A stretch of DNA of 51,754 nt from Psammoneis japonica (lineage: Eukaryota). Below, piece by piece: positions 9,208 to 21,827 of this stretch. The stretch lies in assembly GCA_008632985.1 (NCBI GenBank), contig QPGO01000030.1, forward strand, positions 372,001 through 423,754, read 5' to 3'. Positions within the stretch are counted from its first letter, which is position 1. Every line of letters begins with the position of its first letter. A program made the position numbers and the translations under genes. The notes beneath the pieces are model-generated. The model worked only from the letters and a program-made list of their open reading frames with translations. It made no database searches and was not told the origin of the DNA.

Positions 9208-12200
9208 CTACCTGGTACAACTACTCTCAAGCAAACGTCGCTCGTTGCTTTCTTGGGATCCTTGTTGGCGAAAGGGCTGGCCGTGTCGGACTCGCTTCAA
9301 TATATCTCCAGCTACCAAGCAGTAGTCTTGATGAGATGAAACCAAATCAGAAACGTCAACATTTTCCACTCCATCGATATCAACTGGACAAGTGCCACAG
9401 ACAGGTTTGAATCCGCCAGATAATCGCTTAAACTTGAACATAAGAGAAAGCACCAAGTCTTTACGAGAATAGCAATTGACAAGTCGCCCTGCAACAACCC
9501 GTCGGCAGGCAGCCCAGGATGACAGACTCAAGTGATTTGGCATTCCCATCAGAATGACGTCTTCTACAATACTCGCCGGTTCCCTCATGAGTTCTATCAG
9601 TTCGTCGTTGGCGGCCCTCTTCTTCATTCCTGTTCGACCGTCTTCTCCCAAAGCCCTGTTTTGGCGTAACTCCTCCCAGTGTTCTTGATATCTTGCAAGT
9701 TCTTTCAAACAAGTATAGATTGTGCGTGCGCCCATTGAAAATCCTACCAGAACTACGGGACGATAACCGGCACGACTGAGAAGCAGAGAACGGGCCAACT
9801 CTTTGCCGGCTTCCTCCGAGCGCTCAATAGCTAGCGTCCATGTGCCATCGATCATATTTGCTGCATTGACCAGCACATACGGCAATGCCAACGACGAGAG
9901 AAGCGTCGAGAGAGCAGTCTGCTTCAAGACATGTGCCGTAGCGCCTCCCATCATATCTAGCGCTAAATCCTCGACTGAATCACTCAGTTCCAACAGGAGT
10001 TTACTCTCCCACTTTACTGTATATTGTTCTCCTCCGAAATTCGCTTGATAATCCCATACAGTAGCGATGTGCTTTGGAATTGTACGCTCTTTGTCATCTT
10101 GATCTTCCGTCGCTAGCATTGCTGAAGAATCCACAGATATCGTGCTGCTGTCTAACCCCGACGAGACGTGAGACCCGTGTTCCGAGGCAGACGACGTACC
10201 GTCTACACGAAATTTGCGAAAAGAGTCAGAGAGTGGAGTTCTTATACGCTGGCTACCGACCACCGAGTTCTGGGGAGTTGCGTGCTGAGATGACAAGCCT
10301 TCGCCGCGCTGACTGCGTCTCATAATCTTCTGTCTCCATCCTGACTTCGATTTCTCACCGGGAGTCATTTCCTCATCGCCGCGACCTCGAGCCGAAGAAT
10401 CCCTTTCCTTCTTCGGGGACAAGGACACATCCGAATCACGCTCCTGAGTGGAAAATCCAAGCTCATAAAGAATGTTTCCAACGATTTCGGTTTGTTCGAG
10501 TGTCAACGCCGCCCTGTGTCTCGGACCGTCGTCGAGAGGAAACAAGTGGGAAGGATCGCTACCATAGGTCTCCCTTAGATATTGCCAAAGCTCCCGTTCC
10601 TGACCTTTCCATCTCTTCAATATCGTCGGGGCTCTAGTAATGTACTCCGGCTTATGAATGGCATAGAAACGCTCGAGTAGTTCTTGTAGGTCTTTCACAC
10701 GTGGATTGCTCGGGGTCACACCCCAAGGTCTCTGGAAGTCGCAAGCATCCCTGAGCCACCCAGAAAGACAGATTGTACTAAAAAGCTCCGCTTCTATCTT
10801 TTTCTTGACTGGACGGCCGCCAATGTCACGTTTATTACCACTTTCTTTTTGAAATTCAAACTCCGTCAATCCTTGTGTGCGTCGTTGCATTTTGTATGCA
10901 GCGAGCCCTCCACCACCAACGCCGAATATCGCGGTGATTGCCGCACTACTAGTCAGTGTCACGACAGCGGCGGTGGCGGCCGAAGAGCCTGCGACAGCTG
11001 CCACTCCGGCCGCAATTCCCGGAGCCGCGAGCCCTCCCGTTACGGCAAACAACGTGCCGGCAACGAGACCAGCAGAACCAATCTTCAGACCTCTCACTAT
11101 CTGATCTCGGGATACCCCCTTCTTTCGTGTACTACCTCGTTCCTGCGAACTGTGTGGGTTTGCTTCTCGTCTATTTGATCGACCCTCTGACGAAAGATGG
11201 AGAAGCTTCCAGGCAATGATATGTTCTAGGGATTCAAACTTGCGCGTTGCTGCGCTTTCAAATTCAATGTTGGTAAAGGAAGCAGTCCCTCCATCCTTGT
11301 CCCCCGGTAAATCACAAGCATCACGTTTCATTTCTTGAACCAACACAATTACACCTAACTTTTTGAAAACATGGCGAACCCTAGCGTCGTATCCCACTGC
11401 GCTATGAAGTAACTGTTGCAAAAGCAAGAGCGCAAGACACCTGAAGCCAGACCCCGGGGAAAGAGACTCCAAGAACGGTTGAAGCGACTGGTCGCTATCA
11501 AGCTCCATTGTCTTGGGATTTGTATCGCCAAAGTCTCGATTCGAAATTTCAGAATGCATTGTTGAATCTGTCGCAACTGACGGAGACGGCAAAAACTCGC
11601 ATTCCAAATCGTTTGAACGCGCGGTCGACGATGCGGTAGCATGAGACGAAGCGTAGAAATCACTATGTATTTCGTTCATTCCTTCGTTTCCTGGTGAAGC
11701 AGGCATTGACTGGGCGCGTTGTGGTGATGTCTGTTGACGAGATTGTGGTCGTCTTTCGCGTTGTTGGGGGTTGTATGACGGGGCTTTTCGTCGGGAAGGA
11801 TTCGGCAACAAGAGACGATCAAGCATTGGAAGGAACGCCCGCGCATGGCTCTTCTCCAGCAAGAGAAGTTCAGCAGCTGAGAGAAGCAAGTCCGAAAAAA
11901 TCTGATAGCGCCGCAGTCGATGTCGACTTTGAGCCAAATCAGTTGCTTCATCATTCTTGTTTCGTCGACGGCCTGAGTTTCTATCGGTTTGTTTGTTAGA
12001 ATCCCTAGAGCTCGATCCTTTCTCCATACCGCCAGACGATCTACTCTGTGAGAAATTTCTCTGAAATTTTCGTGCTGATGCCGGGACTCGGCTAGGTCTT
12101 TTCGTTTCATCTGAAATTCCACTCTCGCCGTGAGCTGATGTCTGCGGTGTACGATCGGGGCTACTGTTCGTGCTGGAACGCGATATCGATTGTCTCAGGT

Positions 12201-12708
12201 CAAGCTTTTCCTCGTCGTCCGACATATTTCCATCATCACTATCGTCGTAATAAGCAAACGAGTCAGTCATTGTAAGCGTAGCCGAATCTTCATCGTTGTC
12301 ACGAGAATAGTCATAATCATAGGAGGAAGCCAGTACAGCTGCAAGACATCCCTGTCGAATCGCGCATGAAAAAAAAGGAAGTTTGAACGGTCTGTCAAGC
12401 AACATACCTGGTACCAGCAGCATTTCTCAACTTACAATAAATCGCTTTCGATCCTGCTCTCCCGGTAGCGCAGGCAATGTTTCGGTGAGCAACGATTCAA
12501 GGCGGGGTGACGCAGGAGTTGCTTTTGAACTGTCTTCATCGTCGTCCGACACTGCGGAACTTGGGGTGTCTAGCAACGACTTGGCGGCCGATTGAACCAG
12601 CGAGGCAGTGTATGTCCTTGAAACAGGAGTCTCGATAGATTGCGAGGAGCTTTCGACGTTGTTCTTACTAAGCGGATGATCGACAACACCTCGAACCATT
12701 GGTGACAT
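9208..12708 (-). CDS. TMCO4 / DUF726 family protein (alpha/beta-hydrolase-like)
   Basis: Motifs GYDARVRHV, AVTGGLAAP hydrophobic segment, GGGGLAAYKMQRRTQGLTEFEF, PVVLVGFSMGARTIY (GxSxG) and RRVVAGRLVNCYSRKDLVL. Intron 12435-12352 joins DRKRFI|GCLAAVLASSY. The true start may be 12776/12782 if a 1-nt error lies near 12712. Confidence 0.85.
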
Positions 12709-13376
12709 CGGCGGTCTTCCGCTTCTCCGAGGTGGAGTTTGTTCAAATCTGTTGACGTGTCTTTAGTGCTCTCCATAGTCATTCAAATTCGATTTCGTAC
12801 TCAACAGTTTTCGAAAGCACTCTCTCTCTATTCTAGCCAATCTAGTTCTCGATGTGAAAGCAACGAGGTCCGATTGGTATGTACCGTATGGCGGTCATTT
12901 CGGCATGGTGGGTGTGTCAAAGCTTCCACGAGTTTCTTCCTTCCTTCAGTCATGTATTTACTTCTATGATAAACTTATATTTTATCTTTCAAAACTAATA
13001 ATAGTATATAAAATGTCTGTACAAAACATTCGATAGTAATTTGATATAACATTTTCTTTTGAATATATGAGTAAGTAGAACATAAAAAATACTGCAGGTC
13101 GATTGTTAGTCAACGGAGTCGTCTACACCACAGAATCATCATCGACAACATAAAGCTGCCGGACCAAGGATTTATAAGTCTATCGCGCTAGGCTACATAC
13201 TATAGCTGCTACCTATGATAGGGCCCTAGCATTCAACGACATCTTACTATCACAGTACCTGAACCTGCAGCATCATGCAGCCTGCCTTGCTGGAATGAAT
13301 GAAACTGATAGAGATGGCCGTGAGACTCAGATCGAACTGAACTACTCCAGACCGATTGAATGTTCAATCTTCGCGT

Positions 13377-14449
13377 TCAATCGAACCGCGGGAAACGGAG
13401 ACTTTGTGCTGTCCTGGTGGTAGCTTTCCGTAGCATAAGATGTTGAAGCAATCTCTCTCCGTCGTCGCCATATGCGTCCTCGTTTTCGTCTGCTTCTTCC
13501 TCGTCGTTCGAATCAGAAGAATCGGCTTGGTAAACGTCGTCATCATAAGGATTCACCTCTACATAAAAGTCGTCATCCAAATCCACATCATTTCCATGCT
13601 TGTGGTCATTTGTTATTCGTATGGAGGTTGTCACAACCAGAAACACAAGTGTCATGATCACGAGCCCAATTATGGTAAACTCCACCATCCGACGTGTCTT
13701 TTTCGGCACCCATCCACAAATAGGACACGCTGCACCATACGAAGAGTCCGGTGGAGTCCATTCAGATTCTTTGAAACTAGCCATTGAGTCACACGAGGCT
13801 GAAACTGAGCTCCGAGAGTCGGTAACCTGCGAGGCAAGGCTCATTGCGCGTTCACTTTCATCTCGGTGTAGGTTTCTAGACGCAGCAGCGGAAGGAGGCA
13901 CGTTATGGATTTGCCTATTATCACTGTCGTCATGACCCACAATTTCTCCCATGTTCATAAAATCATACTCTTTAACCATATCTCTGTAGTAGCTGCTATC
14001 CGACCCACCAAAACTGAGAACGCTTCCTACGTCGACATCATACCGGGACCCTTCGGACTTTCTCATGAACCACGGGACTCGCAGAGACCACGTGGTAGCT
14101 CCAGAGGCTGTTGACATGACATCTATTTCAGGTGAAACAGTATCTGTTGAATTCGTTGGTGTTTCTTGTGATAGCGTGGTCCATGCAGGTGTTGTCGACT
14201 GTGTTGCAGGGGCAGTTTTAGGCGATACCGGTGGCATTGAGACCCCAGCTTCCTCTGGACGACGGCGACAGTCACGGTCCGCCAATGGCTGCTGTGTAGT
14301 TGCTCTACGCGAATGTGGAGGTTTACCCGACGCGTCCAGAAGAGAGCGTTTTCTAGTAGGCCAGAATTAAAGCAATGTTTTAACGGCGGTAGGTTCAACA
14401 TACCGTTGGTGTGGACGCGAAGAAGGACTTACCTTTCAGCAGCTTCCAT
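13377..14449 (-). CDS. Unknown single-pass membrane protein (Ser-rich N-terminus, one TM helix, acidic tail)
   Basis: ATG at 14449, exon 1 MEAAER, GT-AG intron 14432-14353, then in frame with the 302-aa ORF. YGAACPICGWVPK precedes a TM helix (FTIIGLVIMTLVFLVVTTSI). Confidence 0.65.
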
Positions 14450-15172
14450 TCTGGATCAGATTATTACAATACCAAAAGCTATACTTCAAGCTTTACACGC
14501 AAGAATATGATGCGTGAGAAGGTTCCTTCGTGGTCGATGTTAGCGTAAATAGCTAGCTACCGTAACGTCCCAGGTCGATGACAGCAAATCATCAGCGAAG
14601 TGTGCAAAAATGCGACAGCGATGAGGCTCGCAACTCGCAAGCGCGACAAGAAAAAAGTTTAGCGGTCATATAACGTCTTCTTCAGCAATTTTAAAATGAA
14701 AATGTTAGAGTTTTAATATGTTGAAAAACATATGTTAACTAACGGTATAAAGGGTAACATTGAATTTACAATTCCGTTCAGAGAAGAAGTTCTCCGCCCA
14801 CTTCCATAAATATCAATTTTATCTTCTTATAAAATGTTGAATAGATATTATACACTTGGACGAAAATCGCGTGTGTTTATGAAGTGTGATGAGTGTTTGT
14901 TGGCCTTACGCATCAAGCGGCGTTGGGTATGGTATGATCATTGTACTATCACATTTTGTGTACAAAACCTGCCCGCCCGCTTTTGATTCGTGTGATTGAA
15001 GGATGGCTTGACGATACATCGTTCTTCCGTAGAATGTACGTAAAGTCTAGTATGTCGAAGCAATCCCATCCGAGCAAGCCGTCGAAACCGCAATCACGCT
15101 GAACCTCTCACAATTCCGAAGTTGACCACTTGATCAAGCATCGACGACTTACGTCTTACGACATCAATCATC

Positions 15173-15775
15173 ATGCAGACCTCTCTTCTTCTCTTCACCA
15201 TGACGCTCTCTACCATCTTCGGCGGCGCTATTCCATTCCCCATCGAACATGCGCTCTTTGCCTTTGCCGTCTTCATCGCGTTGAAGCAAGCCGTTCAACT
15301 TTCGAACGTCGATAAGACGTGCGTCGCGACTTTCCAAGTCCCTGAGACCAAGCCATCCAAGACGATTCCTATCCAGATTGATGCCGAGCAATCGAACAAT
15401 AAAAAGAGGAAGCGATCGAGCACTGCCAGCTATTCTGACGATCTTGACGACTCTTCTCGTGAAACGAAAGTGCCCAAAACCGCCATGACCACTTACAAAC
15501 GCACCATCCGTAAAGTCCGCAAGACTAAAAAACGTTCGAAGGACAAGGAACGTGAATCACCCTTCGACCGTCGAAAGATACAAGCATTGGCACGTCAAAA
15601 AATCATCAACGAACGTCGCTTTGGCACAAGCGAAAAGCCCGCTGCTCAGAAGAAGCTCCGCCTCCGCCGACGTCGACCGGACGAAGATGTTCCGCTTCTA
15701 CACCGCATGCGTCAAGAGGTGCAAGCCGCCAAGCGCAAGGAAAGGGTCTGGGCTAATCGTAAAAAAGCCGCCTAA
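15173..15775 (+). CDS. Unknown protein, hydrophobic N-terminus and very Lys/Arg-rich C-terminus
   Basis: Clean 200-aa ATG-TAA ORF with coherent composition. No recognisable domain. Confidence 0.55.
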   Translation: MQTSLLLFTMTLSTIFGGAIPFPIEHALFAFAVFIALKQAVQLSNVDKTCVATFQVPETKPSKTIPIQIDAEQSNNKKRKRSSTASYSDDLDDSSRETKVPKTAMTTYKRTIRKVRKTKKRSKDKERESPFDRRKIQALARQKIINERRFGTSEKPAAQKKLRLRRRRPDEDVPLLHRMRQEVQAAKRKERVWANRKKAA

Positions 15776-17189
15776 GGACAAACAGGGGTCAGTCAATATT
15801 CATTCATCCTGTGGCAGAGTCTATTTGTGTTATGGCATCATTACGTTTTCAAGAGGGGTTCTCGAGGGAAGGATTGCAACTTAATGGGATTGAATGGAGT
15901 TTCTGAGTTTCTGGTTTACCGACTCGTAGCAACGTGACGAATCTGCGGAAGAATTCTACTTCTTAAGAAGAGGTATACCGTGATCCATTTTGGTGAAGCA
16001 ACTGAAAAGAATCAGTCGGTTGTGACCAACTCATCGGATCATAGAGTTCAATATGCGATTTGTATCATTGTTGGGAAGTACTGGTAATCAAAAGAAGAAT
16101 TCTACTCTATCCAGCAATTTAGAACAAAGAAAGGAAATATAATATAGAGCAATCCTACTCAACATCAAAACAGCTATTCTTTCTTTTACTAAGGCTCCTC
16201 TTGCTAGAACCGACGTCGCTTGCCCTTTTATTTGTATTCACCAACATTGGTTAACGGGTACTGCCTTGTGTATTTGGTGCACACCATTAGTTGACTTGTA
16301 GCTTGAAAAGGTATCTACTGGAAATATAATTGTGCGAAATCCGATTAGGCCGACATGTTATAGGCCACGGTACGAGACATTCTGCTAGAGCAGCCCTAAC
16401 GCGTTACAAAAGTATAAACGAGACAAATGTTTACCTTAATCTCGGATCCATTTCGGTTGCTGTAACAGTGGCGGCAATACAGTAGCCTGGACTTTTCGCG
16501 TGTGTACTCTACCTTCTCGGGGCGCATTTCGACCGTCCTCTCCAATGCCAAACACCATCACATTTCGATACATCCCCTTTGGGAGAGCTGGTAACTTTTG
16601 TCCTGGTTTGCTTCCTTACTGCCCGTTTGCTGTAGCACAGCGGATGATAAGCTCGGCGATGAAGTTCCCATACCCAGGTACCGTCGTCCTCTCCTACGAT
16701 CCCCCCCGCAAGACTCCAGGATGATTAGTCCTTTATGTAGGGGACTAGAGAATTGCAGGTATCTTAAACCTTGGTTCAGACGAGAAATCGATTCATATGT
16801 CGGACCCTTGCTGCTCCAGTGACGATGATTCATCAAGCGGAGGTCGTGATGCTCAAACGGGTTGACTCGCGAGCAACTAGATTACGAACAACCTCTTTCA
16901 GAAAAAAACATTTTGCCTACTCCTAAGGGTGCCGGAAAGGCACGCTATCCTCCTGCCTCTGTGCACTGTAGGACGACGCGGTTTCGGGCATCCAAATTGG
17001 AGACTTATTTTCTTCGATACAAACACATCACCAAGAAACAACTTGCGAATCCTAGAGCGCCACTCGCAAGGCATTGGTATGAAACACGTGTCACTTTTGT
17101 ACCATATTGACTCTTCTCCCTCTGGCTGTTGCGGTGTGCCTTCTTATACACTTGCTGCAGCTTCTCGTGTGTCTTTTCAACTGACAGGG

Positions 17190-17880
17190 TAGTTTTCGAA
17201 GCTATACTATCATCCTTTGCGCGGCAAACAATGATTCTGTTCTGTATATATCGTATGAGGCACCAATATCCCATGACATGGCTTTACCGGCGAGTATAAT
17301 GTCCATGACAGTATCAACAGGCATCGAAAGATTCTTGCTCGCAGCCTTCCAGGAAGACCCCGGCGATTGGTCCTTCTGACAACAAGGCATGGCTGCGACA
17401 TGGACGCCAAAAGTGATTGCAATGGGAACAGTTTCATCTGAAAGGTGTTGACGTGCATGACACGCGATCACTAAGATGCGCCTTCTGCTAGTCTTTCCTA
17501 GTTACAACTTCAATTCTTCCGGAAGTCCTGTCCGAAAGCACTCGTGTCAGTGGCGGAGAATTTTTCCGATGTAGTAAGGTCCAAACGCTTTTTGGATGCC
17601 CCTTGCTGGATCTATTATGACAGCATCGTTCGCGGATGTAGTAACAAGCATGAGTGCAGAAATAGCACCATGCCCCCGAGCCACGTCAATGACAACACCG
17701 ATTTCGTTCTTGCCAAAAGCCGAACGGACAGCATTAGTGAAAGCATAACTCTCTTCGAACTCTTTTGCGTTCGGCGAGCGTATTTTGTTAGAACGAAGAG
17801 CATGGAATAACCTCTTTTTGAGACATAGCCCATTGGCGTTCCGTTGTGCTCTGTCTTGAGCTTTTATCTTGAACGACATG
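17190..17880 (-). pseudogene. SAM-dependent methyltransferase-like pseudogene (Methyltransf_32-like)
   Basis: One frame gives KEFEES..VIDVARGHG..VIIDPA..LRH*HECFRTGLPEELKL*..ILVIACHARQHLSD..AAMPCC..DIILAG, with two in-frame stops (TGA 17549-17547, TAA ~17504). The C-terminal QNRIIVCRA motif is in a shifted frame. Confidence 0.65.
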
Positions 17881-17961
17881 TAGCAGTCCTGCACGCTGTT
17901 CCCAGCCTGTCCACTTGTTGTTCAACGCCAATCGAGAGAAGACGAGTGAGCCAGAAAGAAA

Positions 17962-18915
17962 CTACTTCTTCCGTTTCCTTCTCTTCTTCTTGTTCTTTTT
18001 CTTCTTGCTCCCATACAATCCATTGTCTTTCATTTCGGCTTCAATACGTCGAGCGCGATCAATTGATTCCTGTCGTCTTTGCATGTTTGCTTCTCGCTGT
18101 TCCTGAATGTCCTTTATCCTTTGTGATTCTTGTTCTTTCTGTGCCTGCCAGGCTTTCATACACGTTTCTTCCATATGTTTTGGGATCTGCACCCGCTCGG
18201 CTCCTTTTCCATTTTCGCTGTAGAAATTTTCAAGAATAATGCAAGCCGCCTGTGAGTCCAGTGTTCCGTGTAACCACGTATCAGGATTTGCACTGTGGAC
18301 TCGTGCGGCAGCTTCCTTCGTTGTGTACCTCTCGTCCCAGAGATAGAGTGGCACATCGGGTCCTAGTCTCGCCATTGCTAAGCAAGCAACAGCTGATGCG
18401 AAATCTCGCGTCACAAGCGATTGCGGGGCTTCGGTACCATTTTTATGAAGCGGCAGACCAATTATGATCTGCTTCGCTTGTTCCGAGACGCAGTAGTCGA
18501 CAACTTTCTGAGCAACCGTGGTTGAATTTTTGTCCGCCAATATCGCTATTGGTTTTGGTTCATATCCCACTGTTACAGCTACTCCAGTTCTTGAAAGCCC
18601 ATAGTCCACTCCTACTGACTTTATACCCAAGAGTATGCAATTTTGCGTCACGGACGCTGCCGCGGAGATGACATCGTCGTTGACACTCCCCATCGCTCGA
18701 CCGGCGAGTCGATCAGATACTGTTCTCGATTCTGAGCTGTTGTCACTTCCCTGATCCACGCCTGTAGATTTGGATCCCCACAATATCCATGGTTTGTATG
18801 CACCAAGCAAGGGTCTTAACGCAAACATTGGCCTTTGGGGTTGCACATTGAAGCCAGAAGCGGCGCCGCAAGCGGCTGCCAGTATGAAACTGCAGCAAAC
18901 ACCAAAACTCAGCAT
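17962..18915 (-). CDS. yqgF: YqgF/RuvX RNase H-like pre-16S rRNA nuclease, likely plastid-targeted
   Basis: Motifs VGVDYGLSRTGVA, IIIGLPLHKNGTE, LWDERYTTKEA and LDSQAACIILE. A signal peptide ending ASG|F is followed by a transit-like stretch. Confidence 0.85.
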   Translation of the reverse strand: MLSFGVCCSFILAAACGAASGFNVQPQRPMFALRPLLGAYKPWILWGSKSTGVDQGSDNSSESRTVSDRLAGRAMGSVNDDVISAAASVTQNCILLGIKSVGVDYGLSRTGVAVTVGYEPKPIAILADKNSTTVAQKVVDYCVSEQAKQIIIGLPLHKNGTEAPQSLVTRDFASAVACLAMARLGPDVPLYLWDERYTTKEAAARVHSANPDTWLHGTLDSQAACIILENFYSENGKGAERVQIPKHMEETCMKAWQAQKEQESQRIKDIQEQREANMQRRQESIDRARRIEAEMKDNGLYGSKKKKNKKKRRKRKK

Positions 18916-19279
18916 GATTCCAAGCCGGCCTTCCAAGCCGATATCTTGGACGTCTTTGTACTACGGTACAATGACAACCTTACCCTATTACAAGTACGAG
19001 TAGGATTTCCCTCTGCTCGCATCCGTAATGATGCAGATTGAACCAAATACTTGGATTGAATGTTGTCTAGTAGAGTGGTCCAGTGATCATCGCGGTGCGG
19101 CGTCGCGTGGAACGCATGCGCGGGCCCGCCATTTTTCTGCCGATTCCGTGATTCCGTCCGCGCGCTTTTGTTTCTGCGCCACACTTTTTCGCCGGCGTCA
19201 GCGTCGCCCCCATCTTCTTGTGCATTGGTATGATTGTTGTTGCTACTGTTGCCGCTTGTGTCGTGAAGGTTGTGAAAAC

Positions 19280-20911
19280 ATGCACATGACAGCTGCCCTT
19301 CGCAGGGCGGCGCAAGCTTCAACCGGCCGAAGCAGCAAAAATAATAAATCTCAGTCGATTCTGTCACTGGCGTTGAGTGTGTACTTCCGTCAACCAGATT
19401 TTGGAATGAAAGAGCATGAAATTCTGAGCCGTGCAACTGCCTTCTTGTTGGCAGTCGACCCGCCAGAACCAAAAGTGAAGACCGGCCCATATAGCCACCT
19501 GGAGCAATCCGAAGCCGAGCGCGAGGCTCGACGGTTAAAACAACACTATGCGTATGAACCTGCTGGCGGACCTCCGCGAAAGGTTGAAGAATTGGGTTGG
19601 TTGGAATTTTGCCCATCCAAGTGTCGCCCCGAGGTGCATTGTATTGCCGCCAGTCACGTTCTGGCTCCATGGCTTTGGAAGAATTATTATCCTCAAGATT
19701 GGCTTTCGCAAGTGAAACCTGAGCATTGGTAAGAATCCCAAATTTTCATGGGACATCACATAGCTGCAACTCACACCCATCACGTTTGGGCGTTCAATTA
19801 TTGTTCTTTTGAAAAGTGCGTATTCACTTGAAGTTTACGATTCTGAGCGTCCAGATAAAGCGCTGGCGAAGTTTGCATTGAATCCGTATCCTATACACGA
19901 TCCGAATGGGAGGGATTTGGCGATGATTCACTTAACTCAAGAAGAAACAGGTAGGTTGTGTTTCCTCTTTTCCCCTGTAGTCGCGCTTCTTTGCTGACAC
20001 TGATTGCCTTGCTCTGATGCAGCTTTGAAGCACTTGAAGGATTTGGGTGTGAAAATTCATCATGTGAGAGATATAGACAATCAATTTGCGAAGGGAGAGG
20101 AAGTGAGCTTTGACGGTTTCGTTGTTGCGGAACCAAATAGCACCGATCAAGAAAATTTGGACCTCGCGAAAGACGTATGTTGAATCACCTGGAAGTGCGC
20201 GATATTATCATTATCGGTGGCTACAGAGAGCGTCTGACCTGACACGATTGTTTTGGCTCATATCTAATACAGGATGCATCGTCGGAGGACACTAGAGTAT
20301 TCTATCCATATTCAGAGACTGGCTCACTTATTTTCTCTAGCCCAGACCGCTTCTTAGCGTCCACACCGAAACCGCTACCGGAAGGTTTATGTGGAGGCCC
20401 TACGCTTGATGGAGATGGACGTGTTTGTGGCGTTGTTGAGGGTATTGTTCCCGTTGGACACGAGGACAAACGAATGGCTGGGGCCGCGTCTTTCTTGCCT
20501 TCGTTTATTGTAGCACAATTTGTGGATTTTGCTGAACGGTACATGCTGGAGCAAATTGTTCCTAAGAACCTCTTTGAGAAGGTAGTAACGATGAAGTCAG
20601 GGAAATCTCTGAGTCCCAAAAAGCCAGAATATGCAGTTCCGGGATCGAATCCAACCGATTCTGATATAGACGCGGCCTATCTTGAGCTAGTGAAGAATAT
20701 GAAAGAGAGCGTGACCATGGAGCAAGCGGAGGCGATCCTAAATACAATTCAACGTGAACGAGATGAGGTGATCAATATTTGGAAACGAGAAGGAGGAGAT
20801 GTAGATGAGATTGTTAAGCAGGTACGGCAGAAGACACGGGACACACAAGAGAAACTACTTAAAGAAGACGCGGAGAAGGCTCAGAGTTTGTCGAAAGCCA
20901 CGAAAGACTGA
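19280..20911 (+). CDS. Trypsin/chymotrypsin-fold peptidase-like protein with Cys at the nucleophile position
   Basis: Four exons (introns 19729-19816, 19951-20022, 20175-20272) splice in frame. Motifs IAASHVL, RDLAMIHL and EGLCGGPTLDGDGRVCGVV. Basic N-terminus resembles a mitochondrial presequence. Confidence 0.7.
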
Positions 20912-21049
20912 TGAGTTTTGAGCACGAGGAAATTTTTAGCAATACGATGAACCTCAAACTTAAAGTTTAGCAACAACCTTGATATTTTTGCCAGGGTTCG
21001 CCCCTGTTTTCTTGCTCGACTCAACGCTGTGAGCTGAGAGATGAAGTAC

Positions 21050-21330
21050 CGTAGAGCCATACTCTCTACAATATAGCAGTTCTGTTGTAGATAGAGAGTA
21101 GAGAGTATACCTAGCTAGAGAGAGACTTTGATATGTCACGAACTAACATTTGTACGCCATACAGTACCGAGTAAGGTTAGACAGGCGGGCGGGATACCGT
21201 AGATGGAAATACGACGTAATAAATGAACTCTACTCTACTCTCTACCGGTACCTACTAGAGTAGAGCTCTACTCTCTACTATATAGAGTAGAGAGTAGCTA
21301 GAGTAGAGAGAGAGTACAGTAGATATAACC
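21050..21330. repeat. Low-complexity TA-rich (CTCTA/TAGAG) imperfect inverted microrepeat region
   Basis: Repeated TACTC/CTCTAC and GTAGAG/TAGAG motifs in both orientations, e.g. 21226-21317. Confidence 0.7.
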
Positions 21331-21827
21331 AACTACTTTTACTGCAACAAACGGGACGGACATCACGTGTCTTCCCGTTTGTCCGTGACTAATTTACGGG
21401 AGATAGCCAGACCAAACATGTTTCTGACCGCACGAGCGAGCGCGCTCGCCACTCCTAGTCAATTTATAAGTAAGCTTCAATGATGAATAAAAATGAATAT
21501 ACGAAGACCGCGGATTTTGAATGCGTACGAGAAGTTGTGTACATTCTACAGTGGTAGAATATCTCGTTGAAAGCCCCGTAGCAAAATCAGTCCTGCTTCT
21601 TCGTCGTGCTTCTTCACACAATTTTACACGACTGAGGAAAAAAAAGACGGTCGACCACGTCGCGTCGTGCCTCGTGCCTGCTCGAGGAGATTCTTCCTGC
21701 GAACTGTACATAATAGTTGCCTTCATCGTCGTGTGACTCAAATCGCGAACTAGGCCATCTACTTCAAAACAAGCAATACAAAAGAAAGAGATCTACAATA
21801 CAACATCGGCATCACTGATCACCAACA

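Noticed and set aside
12950..13090. AT-rich stretch as origin or special element
   Set aside because: It looks like ordinary intergenic DNA, similar to 14690-14860, with no internal structure.
16450..17150. Short ORFs as a gene
   Set aside because: Frequent stops, no recognisable motif and no convincing splice model. Possibly decayed sequence, but unsupported.
18909..19670. 253-aa minus-strand ORF
   Set aside because: It is antisense to the peptidase-like gene and spans the divergent promoter. No motifs.
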